From: Schmidtea polychroa | Taxonomy: Eukaryota | Direction: 5' to 3' | Assembly (NCBI GenBank): GCA_044892525.1 | Contig: CM097888.1 | Location: 45,818,001-45,882,000, forward strand | DNA: 64,000 nucleotides | Shown here: positions 35,956-46,984 of the stretch, in pieces | How positions within the stretch are numbered: position 1 is the stretch's first letter | Layout of the letters: each line of letters begins with the position of its first letter | Program-made: the position numbers and the translations under genes | Notes under the pieces: model-generated | Seen by the model: only the letters and a program-made list of their open reading frames with translations | Told to the model about the DNA's origin: nothing | The model's database searches: none

Positions 35956-38900
35956 TTAAAGTGCTTGTTTCGATTTGCATTCATTTCTAGACATAGCAGT
36001 TGCAATATGCATTTGGCGAATCTTATAGTGACCGTAGGCATAACTTTCATTACAATTGTACCAATACCTTTTATCGTCCAAACATTGGAGAGCTCGTTTT
36101 TCTGTCATGAAAGTATACAACTGATGATTGACACTTCCTATTCTTTTTTGTGGGATGCTCACTGTTCCACCATCAGTATACACTTTTTTATAGGCTTCAT
36201 GTGTAAGATTAGAGTTTGTAAGTCTTATTCCTTTGGCTTTTAGAGTGTTTTTATCGCCTTGGAGTGAGTAGCACTTGGGTCGAAGAAACACCCATTCTTT
36301 ATATTGATTTCCTTTATTCTCATCCTTGAATTTCCCGATTACCGAACAAATTTTATCTGAGAACAATGGATCAGTCACTGGATAATTTGAAGTATCTAGG
36401 AGCCCATCGGCAATCATTTTTGGATATAGTTGTAAGCGTAAATCTACATTTTTACACTCTAAAAAGAAGGAACCTGTGTCTCCAGCAACGATATTAATTT
36501 GACAATTGAATTCGTCGCGATATTTTTGCAACTCTTCATACTGCAGCTGGTACATGCGAAGTTTGGATAAATCAAGTACGGTTTGTCCAATATACATTGG
36601 TCTATCTAAACACACAATTTCCTTATTGAGTATAACAGCAATGAGATCATCCGCAATCTTGATGCTACGACGAAACATAGGATTACTACAATAAGTTATC
36701 AATCTTTTGCTTTTGCTGCATAATCTCAAATTTATACGTTTCTTCAAGTTTTCCACAGTTTTACCGTATAAACTGTTGTTCTTTAACTTATAATAATCTC
36801 GCTGAAACGAATCTGTACTAGCTGCTCTCATTTTGGTATTGTAATCAATATAGCCTTTGAAAATAGCCACTTGCTTGAATTCTACAGCACGATTAACTTT
36901 TGTGACTTTTGCGCCGTAACTCAACCACTCTGTCAAAACTCTACCATTAACTACATAGTTTTTCTTAGGCTCATGAGTTAACAACAGCTTTTCAACTTTA
37001 CTACCAGGTGGATAACAAAGCTCAGGAGCTATAGGTAAATCATCTAGTTTATCTTGTATACTATCAGGAATGACGATGTCAACCTCTAGAACATATCCAA
37101 GATCTCCATCAAACTTATCCCCATTTGCACATCTTTCAACAATACCATTCATTTCAGTCTGATCATTTATCCATCTAAATTCACCAACAGGAAGTTTTTG
37201 CGACAGCGCCCATCCATATAAATTATTAACATCTAGGTATGACATTTGTGTTGATTCATCAGCTTCAACATGATGTTTGTTGATAAATGTCATTCCACCA
37301 CGAATACCAGCTTCAAATAAACGGTAAAGCTCTGGATCTTGAATAAGTTCTACTGGTTCAGGTAACTGTTTAATAGCTGATGCCCAACTTAATCCGGGTA
37401 TGGAAACAAACGATAGAGCCTCAAGTCCATCTTCGTCAAATGTTTTTTCTCTGAAAGCTTCAAAAACATCGGCCAACAGAAAAACATCCAACTTGAGATA
37501 TACTAGCATGTAATCTAGCAGTGTCTCACAGTTGTATTGTCGCCAGATTCGATTTGCATGTATATAATCTTCTTGACTAACTCCCTCCCAAATCGGTGGT
37601 AATTCTGTTATTGACTGTAAAACATCCATTGATGTAGCCATATCATAAGGAAATATGCCTTTACCAGTTATTAAATGCGAATTGAAAATCTTTGAAGTAA
37701 GTGGAAGACGTGGCAAGTTTTTTGATAAATTTGCCAAGCTGCTATTTAAAAATTGTAAAGAATCAATGAATCTAATTCTTCTGCCTTTCGATGTCGCTGT
37801 AAGTGTGAGAAACTTTTCTGTTGATTGAGGAATAACAATTAAATTCCAATCGGGGAATTTTCCAATTGCATATTTTAATATATGATGAATGTCATATCCA
37901 CGAAGATTATGAAATACAACAGGTAAAGACGGATTGATTCTTCTAGCCAAATTACAATCTTGACACGCTGCTCCGAGATATTGACCGGTAAAATGATCAT
38001 GATCCCGAACAGGTATATTGATAATCTTTTTACAAAGGTAGCAATGAGTTTGATTCGTAAATTCTTCCTGCTGTTCCCAAGTGAGTTCCATCATTTCCTT
38101 CGATCCATTAATTTTATACCACGGATAAACTATGTCTGTAGCTATATCATCCAATGCTTGTATAAACTGAATGATACAGTTTTTCCCAACAAATGTTTCA
38201 TTTCGAATCGGACAACCTTGATGAAGAAGCACAAATTCAGATGCAATCGGCTCATGTTTTTGGAAGTGCTTGTCATCTAGAGGTAATATTGATTCAAAGT
38301 CCGCGTAGACAACAAACTGCTGTTTTATAGTTTTACTCCAGTCTTTAAATTCGATATATTTATTCTCTGGCATTGAGTATAGAGTCGTCCGCTCCACATT
38401 CTTCCTACAAAGACCTATATGTCTTTCAAAAGCAGGACGTTTTTGAAACCCATGAAGACACGTATGACACCAATGTGATTGGATTCTGACTCCTTCTACT
38501 CTATCTCTGTAATTGAGCAGTCGATCGAGATTAGTTACAGCCAAAAAATGATAATTTAATTCTAAAATTTAGTTAATATTTTTAATGATTAAAAGAAATA
38601 TTACCTTCTTCAATCAATAAGAGATATAATTGACATCCCGTCGAAGTACTTCTATATACCAAGTCAACGAACGGATTCTTGAAAATATCATTAGTTTTTT
38701 GTTTAATTGGATCTTTATTATATTTGAGAACATTGATCGCTAGATTAGGATTCATTGCCTCAAATTGGCAAATGTTAACCAACTTCATTGGAAACCAATC
38801 TGATTTCCATTTTAACTCTAAATATATATATATATTTTTAGAATGATATAAATATATATTACCACTTAAATTATATTTCATTACTCTTTCTCTGTGGTGT

Positions 38901-39935
38901 TTTATGTCATCATAATGTAATACGGCCAGTATGCTATATAAAAAGCAGAATTGATCATTATTTTGAACATTAACTAAAGCCTGGCAGTTTTTCAGGTAAT
39001 TTGGCGTTTTAATGTAACTTGAACCTAAGTAAATATCTTGATTTATATATATAATAATGTAAATAAACTTACCAGATACATGTATTATGTCTGATAATTT
39101 AGTTAAAATCATAGTAACTTCTAATATTTTATGAATTCTCCACCCACTACTTTGTTGAGTGTATTTCTCCAACTTTTCTTTTAATTTTTCAATTCCATCA
39201 TTAATAAATGAAGATGACATTGTAATTGCTTTATTCGACAAACACCATTTTTTAATTTCACCATCCTCTTTGATAAACTCTGCACAAAGTCCAAATTGGA
39301 TTTTTACTGTACCCATTCGTTGAATATGATCTTCTATTTCTCTGATGAGACAATCTGGAACAACAATGTCAGGAGAATTAATTGCAGATACATCGCTTGT
39401 CAATTCAACACGAGAACCATTTAAGTCAGACTCCCGACGTGGACACAATTGTATGTTAGAGTCTCCATTTCCGTAAAATATTGACTTTCGTTTTGTGGTG
39501 CCAGAGTTTTGTCTAACTATATTTATAATTAATATTAAACAACTTAAATAACATAACTTGTAACATATTCTTTAATCTGCTTAGGATCGTATGATGTATT
39601 CATTTTCGATTGTACTATAAAAAATTAATAATTGTTAATAGTAGAAAGAGTATTACTTTTAGTGATCATCCTGCTCTTCGTTTCTTCGAATCTTCTAAGA
39701 TGGTGTCCGTGTTGTCGTACAAACATTAACCACCTACCTGGTGATATAATGAGACATTCCGGACATATGTAACCCGATAAGGTAGAGTCATTTATCTTGA
39801 AATATGATGATGTAACTGATTTACAGTTCTCTACATCTTCATGACTTTCGGCAATACAAAATTTATATAAACTGCATCCGTTCACTAAAAGAAAATAATC
39901 ATTAATATTAGATAGAGAATAAAAAAATATTCACT
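35956..39935 (-). CDS. Intron-containing protein-primed-type family B DNA polymerase, left-arm copy
   Basis: Mirror of 43005-46984; the three ORF translations are identical to the right-arm ORFs. Confidence 0.88.
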
Positions 39936-39959
39936 TATATAAGTTAAATTAAAAGTTTA

Positions 39960-40095
39960 AATGACAAACATTTGAAAAGTTACTGCTTATATATTACACA
40001 TGATTAAATTCTGACCAATCAAAATCAAGGAAGGGGTAGGAAAAATAAATATATTCTGACCAATCAAAATCAAGGAAGGGGTAGGAAAAATAAAT
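39960..40095 (-). promoter_or_regulatory. Putative Pol II promoter of left PolB (2x CCAAT + TATA)
   Basis: Mirror of 42845-42980: two 43-bp units TTCTGACCAATCAAAATCAAGGAAGGGGTAGG and TTATATA. Confidence 0.55.
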
Positions 40096-40199
40096 GTGTT
40101 GCAGTATTTTAAAACTTCAATATATTTTAAAACACATTTTGATGCTAAAGTTGACTTATTTAACATTTTTCATAATAATTTAATAAAAAATAATGTGAT

Positions 40200-40650
40200 G
40201 AACCCACAAAGTAATATCATTTTTCATCAAATTGCAAAACAGTAATAACGTTTTCATAAAATTGTAACAAAGTAATAACATATTTCAGATAAATTTTCAA
40301 CAGTTGTAAAATATTTAAGCAAATTGTAACAAGATTAGAAAATATTACAACAAAGTAGTAACATATTTCAGAGAATTTCAACAAAGTTGTAAAATATTTA
40401 TCAAATTGTAACTAAAATAATAAAAATATTGCAACAAAGTAATAAAATAATGATGTTAATTGGGACAAATCAATACATTATTTCGAAGACGGACAACAAA
40501 TTAAAAAGAATATTGTAATAAATTGTGAAGTCTTTCAGTAAATTACAACAAAGTAATAACATATTTCGGAAATATTTCACCAGATGTAAAATATTTAAGC
40601 AAATTGTTATAAGATTATAAAAATATTGCAACAAAGTAATAAAATAATAC
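40200..40650. repeat. Imperfect ~83-bp tandem array (left arm)
   Basis: ACAAAGTA marker at about 40267, 40351, 40434, 40548 and 40631. Confidence 0.8.
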
Positions 40651-40667
40651 AACATTTTAAACTCTAG

Positions 40668-41430
40668 ATCAATCCATTTTATAGAAAATTAAATTTTATC
40701 TCTATAATATATGAATAAATATACAAGGAAATTACGTTAACTGTATGAAAAATACAAATTTATCGTAAAAACATGTGTGTATTACACACAACACACGAGA
40801 CATAATTTTTAATCAAGCTATTTTATAGAAAATTAAATTTTATCTATATATTATATGAATAAAATCCTAAGAAAATTACGTTAACTGTATGAAAAATACA
40901 AATTTATCATAAAAAAATGTGTGTATTACACACAAAACAAGATACATAATTTCTAATCAATCCATTTTGAAGAAAATTAAATTTTATCTATATATTATAT
41001 GAATAAAATCCTAAGAAAATTACGTTAACTATATGAAAAATACAAATTTATCTTAAAAACATGTGTGTATTACACACAACATACGAGACATAATTTCTAA
41101 TCAATCCATTTTATAGAAAATTAAATTTTATCTATATATTATATGAATAAAATCCTAAGAAAATTACGTTAACTGTATGAAAAATACAAATTTATCGTAA
41201 AAACATGTGTGTATTACACACAACATACGAGACATAATTTTTAATCAAGCTATTTTATAGAAAATTAAATTTTATCTATATAATATATGAATAAAAATCC
41301 AGGAAAATTACGTTAACCGCGCGAAAAATACAAATTTATCGTAAAAACATGTGTGTATTACACACAAAGCGACAAACTAAAGTTTTAATTGAGCCATTTT
41401 GTAGAGAATTAAATTCTGCCTATACATGGT
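40668..41430. repeat. 144-bp tandem array, 5 units plus a diverged partial unit (left arm)
   Basis: TTACGTTAAC at 40732, 40876, 41020, 41164 and 41308 (period exactly 144); each unit has the palindrome TGTGTGTA-T-TACACACA. Confidence 0.95.
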
Positions 41431-41452
41431 TACACTTAAATCCCAATCGAAC

Positions 41453-41487
41453 TGTTTTTTCTCTCTCTTTTTCTCTCTTTTCTCTTT
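41453..41487. other. Non-palindromic 35-nt apex loop of the fold-back
   Basis: ...TCCCAATCGAAC [TG T6 CTCTCTC T5 CTCTC T4 CTC T3] GTTCGATTGGGA... Confidence 0.95.
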
Positions 41488-41509
41488 GTTCGATTGGGAT
41501 TTAAGTGTA

Positions 41510-42272
41510 ACCATGTATAGGCAGAATTTAATTCTCTACAAAATGGCTCAATTAAAACTTTAGTTTGTCGCTTTGTGTGTAATACACACATGTTTTTACG
41601 ATAAATTTGTATTTTTCGCGCGGTTAACGTAATTTTCCTGGATTTTTATTCATATATTATATAGATAAAATTTAATTTTCTATAAAATAGCTTGATTAAA
41701 AATTATGTCTCGTATGTTGTGTGTAATACACACATGTTTTTACGATAAATTTGTATTTTTCATACAGTTAACGTAATTTTCTTAGGATTTTATTCATATA
41801 ATATATAGATAAAATTTAATTTTCTATAAAATGGATTGATTAGAAATTATGTCTCGTATGTTGTGTGTAATACACACATGTTTTTAAGATAAATTTGTAT
41901 TTTTCATATAGTTAACGTAATTTTCTTAGGATTTTATTCATATAATATATAGATAAAATTTAATTTTCTTCAAAATGGATTGATTAGAAATTATGTATCT
42001 TGTTTTGTGTGTAATACACACATTTTTTTATGATAAATTTGTATTTTTCATACAGTTAACGTAATTTTCTTAGGATTTTATTCATATAATATATAGATAA
42101 AATTTAATTTTCTATAAAATAGCTTGATTAAAAATTATGTCTCGTGTGTTGTGTGTAATACACACATGTTTTTACGATAAATTTGTATTTTTCATACAGT
42201 TAACGTAATTTCCTTGTATATTTATTCATATATTATAGAGATAAAATTTAATTTTCTATAAAATGGATTGAT
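41510..42272. repeat. 144-bp tandem array (right arm, mirror)
   Basis: Reverse complement of 40668-41430, including the unit-specific variants checked. Confidence 0.95.
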
Positions 42273-42289
42273 CTAGAGTTTAAAATGTT

Positions 42290-42740
42290 GTATTATTTTA
42301 TTACTTTGTTGCAATATTTTTATAATCTTATAACAATTTGCTTAAATATTTTACATCTGGTGAAATATTTCCGAAATATGTTATTACTTTGTTGTAATTT
42401 ACTGAAAGACTTCACAATTTATTACAATATTCTTTTTAATTTGTTGTCCGTCTTCGAAATAATGTATTGATTTGTCCCAATTAACATCATTATTTTATTA
42501 CTTTGTTGCAATATTTTTATTATTTTAGTTACAATTTGATAAATATTTTACAACTTTGTTGAAATTCTCTGAAATATGTTACTACTTTGTTGTAATATTT
42601 TCTAATCTTGTTACAATTTGCTTAAATATTTTACAACTGTTGAAAATTTATCTGAAATATGTTATTACTTTGTTACAATTTTATGAAAACGTTATTACTG
42701 TTTTGCAATTTGATGAAAAATGATATTACTTTGTGGGTTC
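42290..42740. repeat. Imperfect ~83-bp tandem array (right arm, mirror)
   Basis: Reverse complement of 40200-40650. Confidence 0.8.
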
Positions 42741-42844
42741 ATCACATTATTTTTTATTAAATTATTATGAAAAATGTTAAATAAGTCAACTTTAGCATCA
42801 AAATGTGTTTTAAAATATATTGAAGTTTTAAAATACTGCAACAC

Positions 42845-42980
42845 ATTTATTTTTCCTACCCCTTCCTTGATTTTGATTGGTCAGAATATATTTATTTTTC
42901 CTACCCCTTCCTTGATTTTGATTGGTCAGAATTTAATCATGTGTAATATATAAGCAGTAACTTTTCAAATGTTTGTCATT
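42845..42980 (+). promoter_or_regulatory. Putative Pol II promoter of right PolB (2x CCAAT + TATA + Inr-like)
   Basis: 43-bp unit ATTTATTTTTCCTACCCCTTCCTTGATTTTGATTGGTCAGAAT at 42845 and 42890; TATATAA at 42947-42953; TCATT about 25 nt downstream. Confidence 0.55.
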
Positions 42981-43004
42981 TAAACTTTTAATTTAACTTA
43001 TATA

Positions 43005-46000
43005 AGTGAATATTTTTTTATTCTCTATCTAATATTAATGATTATTTTCTTTTAGTGAACGGATGCAGTTTATATAAATTTTGTATTGCCGAAAGTCATG
43101 AAGATGTAGAGAACTGTAAATCAGTTACATCATCATATTTCAAGATAAATGACTCTACCTTATCGGGTTACATATGTCCGGAATGTCTCATTATATCACC
43201 AGGTAGGTGGTTAATGTTTGTACGACAACACGGACACCATCTTAGAAGATTCGAAGAAACGAAGAGCAGGATGATCACTAAAAGTAATACTCTTTCTACT
43301 ATTAACAATTATTAATTTTTTATAGTACAATCGAAAATGAATACATCATACGATCCTAAGCAGATTAAAGAATATGTTACAAGTTATGTTATTTAAGTTG
43401 TTTAATATTAATTATAAATATAGTTAGACAAAACTCTGGCACCACAAAACGAAAGTCAATATTTTACGGAAATGGAGACTCTAACATACAATTGTGTCCA
43501 CGTCGGGAGTCTGACTTAAATGGTTCTCGTGTTGAATTGACAAGCGATGTATCTGCAATTAATTCTCCTGACATTGTTGTTCCAGATTGTCTCATCAGAG
43601 AAATAGAAGATCATATTCAACGAATGGGTACAGTAAAAATCCAATTTGGACTTTGTGCAGAGTTTATCAAAGAGGATGGTGAAATTAAAAAATGGTGTTT
43701 GTCGAATAAAGCAATTACAATGTCATCTTCATTTATTAATGATGGAATTGAAAAATTAAAAGAAAAGTTGGAGAAATACACTCAACAAAGTAGTGGGTGG
43801 AGAATTCATAAAATATTAGAAGTTACTATGATTTTAACTAAATTATCAGACATAATACATGTATCTGGTAAGTTTATTTACATTATTATATATATAAATC
43901 AAGATATTTACTTAGGTTCAAGTTACATTAAAACGCCAAATTACCTGAAAAACTGCCAGGCTTTAGTTAATGTTCAAAATAATGATCAATTCTGCTTTTT
44001 ATATAGCATACTGGCCGTATTACATTATGATGACATAAAACACCACAGAGAAAGAGTAATGAAATATAATTTAAGTGGTAATATATATTTATATCATTCT
44101 AAAAATATATATATATATTTAGAGTTAAAATGGAAATCAGATTGGTTTCCAATGAAGTTGGTTAACATTTGCCAATTTGAGGCAATGAATCCTAATCTAG
44201 CGATCAATGTTCTCAAATATAATAAAGATCCAATTAAACAAAAAACTAATGATATTTTCAAGAATCCGTTCGTTGACTTGGTATATAGAAGTACTTCGAC
44301 GGGATGTCAATTATATCTCTTATTGATTGAAGAAGGTAATATTTCTTTTAATCATTAAAAATATTAACTAAATTTTAGAATTAAATTATCATTTTTTGGC
44401 TGTAACTAATCTCGATCGACTGCTCAATTACAGAGATAGAGTAGAAGGAGTCAGAATCCAATCACATTGGTGTCATACGTGTCTTCATGGGTTTCAAAAA
44501 CGTCCTGCTTTTGAAAGACATATAGGTCTTTGTAGGAAGAATGTGGAGCGGACGACTCTATACTCAATGCCAGAGAATAAATATATCGAATTTAAAGACT
44601 GGAGTAAAACTATAAAACAGCAGTTTGTTGTCTACGCGGACTTTGAATCAATATTACCTCTAGATGACAAGCACTTCCAAAAACATGAGCCGATTGCATC
44701 TGAATTTGTGCTTCTTCATCAAGGTTGTCCGATTCGAAATGAAACATTTGTTGGGAAAAACTGTATCATTCAGTTTATACAAGCATTGGATGATATAGCT
44801 ACAGACATAGTTTATCCGTGGTATAAAATTAATGGATCGAAGGAAATGATGGAACTCACTTGGGAACAGCAGGAAGAATTTACGAATCAAACTCATTGCT
44901 ACCTTTGTAAAAAGATTATCAATATACCTGTTCGGGATCATGATCATTTTACCGGTCAATATCTCGGAGCAGCGTGTCAAGATTGTAATTTGGCTAGAAG
45001 AATCAATCCGTCTTTACCTGTTGTATTTCATAATCTTCGTGGATATGACATTCATCATATATTAAAATATGCAATTGGAAAATTCCCCGATTGGAATTTA
45101 ATTGTTATTCCTCAATCAACAGAAAAGTTTCTCACACTTACAGCGACATCGAAAGGCAGAAGAATTAGATTCATTGATTCTTTACAATTTTTAAATAGCA
45201 GCTTGGCAAATTTATCAAAAAACTTGCCACGTCTTCCACTTACTTCAAAGATTTTCAATTCGCATTTAATAACTGGTAAAGGCATATTTCCTTATGATAT
45301 GGCTACATCAATGGATGTTTTACAGTCAATAACAGAATTACCACCGATTTGGGAGGGAGTTAGTCAAGAAGATTATATACATGCAAATCGAATCTGGCGA
45401 CAATACAACTGTGAGACACTGCTAGATTACATGCTAGTATATCTCAAGTTGGATGTTTTTCTGTTGGCCGATGTTTTTGAAGCTTTCAGAGAAAAAACAT
45501 TTGACGAAGATGGACTTGAGGCTCTATCGTTTGTTTCCATACCCGGATTAAGTTGGGCATCAGCTATTAAACAGTTACCTGAACCAGTAGAACTTATTCA
45601 AGATCCAGAGCTTTACCGTTTATTTGAAGCTGGTATTCGTGGTGGAATGACATTTATCAACAAACATCATGTTGAAGCTGATGAATCAACACAAATGTCA
45701 TACCTAGATGTTAATAATTTATATGGATGGGCGCTGTCGCAAAAACTTCCTGTTGGTGAATTTAGATGGATAAATGATCAGACTGAAATGAATGGTATTG
45801 TTGAAAGATGTGCAAATGGGGATAAGTTTGATGGAGATCTTGGATATGTTCTAGAGGTTGACATCGTCATTCCTGATAGTATACAAGATAAACTAGATGA
45901 TTTACCTATAGCTCCTGAGCTTTGTTATCCACCTGGTAGTAAAGTTGAAAAGCTGTTGTTAACTCATGAGCCTAAGAAAAACTATGTAGTTAATGGTAGA

Positions 46001-46984
46001 GTTTTGACAGAGTGGTTGAGTTACGGCGCAAAAGTCACAAAAGTTAATCGTGCTGTAGAATTCAAGCAAGTGGCTATTTTCAAAGGCTATATTGATTACA
46101 ATACCAAAATGAGAGCAGCTAGTACAGATTCGTTTCAGCGAGATTATTATAAGTTAAAGAACAACAGTTTATACGGTAAAACTGTGGAAAACTTGAAGAA
46201 ACGTATAAATTTGAGATTATGCAGCAAAAGCAAAAGATTGATAACTTATTGTAGTAATCCTATGTTTCGTCGTAGCATCAAGATTGCGGATGATCTCATT
46301 GCTGTTATACTCAATAAGGAAATTGTGTGTTTAGATAGACCAATGTATATTGGACAAACCGTACTTGATTTATCCAAACTTCGCATGTACCAGCTGCAGT
46401 ATGAAGAGTTGCAAAAATATCGCGACGAATTCAATTGTCAAATTAATATCGTTGCTGGAGACACAGGTTCCTTCTTTTTAGAGTGTAAAAATGTAGATTT
46501 ACGCTTACAACTATATCCAAAAATGATTGCCGATGGGCTCCTAGATACTTCAAATTATCCAGTGACTGATCCATTGTTCTCAGATAAAATTTGTTCGGTA
46601 ATCGGGAAATTCAAGGATGAGAATAAAGGAAATCAATATAAAGAATGGGTGTTTCTTCGACCCAAGTGCTACTCACTCCAAGGCGATAAAAACACTCTAA
46701 AAGCCAAAGGAATAAGACTTACAAACTCTAATCTTACACATGAAGCCTATAAAAAAGTGTATACTGATGGTGGAACAGTGAGCATCCCACAAAAAAGAAT
46801 AGGAAGTGTCAATCATCAGTTGTATACTTTCATGACAGAAAAACGAGCTCTCCAATGTTTGGACGATAAAAGGTATTGGTACAATTGTAATGAAAGTTAT
46901 GCCTACGGTCACTATAAGATTCGCCAAATGCATATTGCAACTGCTATGTCTAGAAATGAATGCAAATCGAAACAAGCACTTTAA
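43005..46984 (+). CDS. Intron-containing protein-primed-type family B DNA polymerase (~1236 aa), right-arm copy; motif C reads DTGS
   Basis: Exons 43005, 43056-43283, 43326-43382, 43424-43867, 43916-44077, 44123-44335 and 44379-46984 total 3711 nt, in frame. Motifs GSSYIKTP, NNDQFCFLYSILA, YADFES, DHDHFTG, FHNLRGYD, FIDSLQFL, KGIFPY, YLKLD, GIRGG, YLDVNNLYG, KLKNNSLYGK and GDTGS. First intron/start is least certain. Confidence 0.88.

Noticed and set aside
40668-42272. CRISPR-like array (regular repeats with an internal palindrome)
   Set aside because: Whole 144-bp units repeat with no unique spacers, no cas genes, and the context is eukaryotic.
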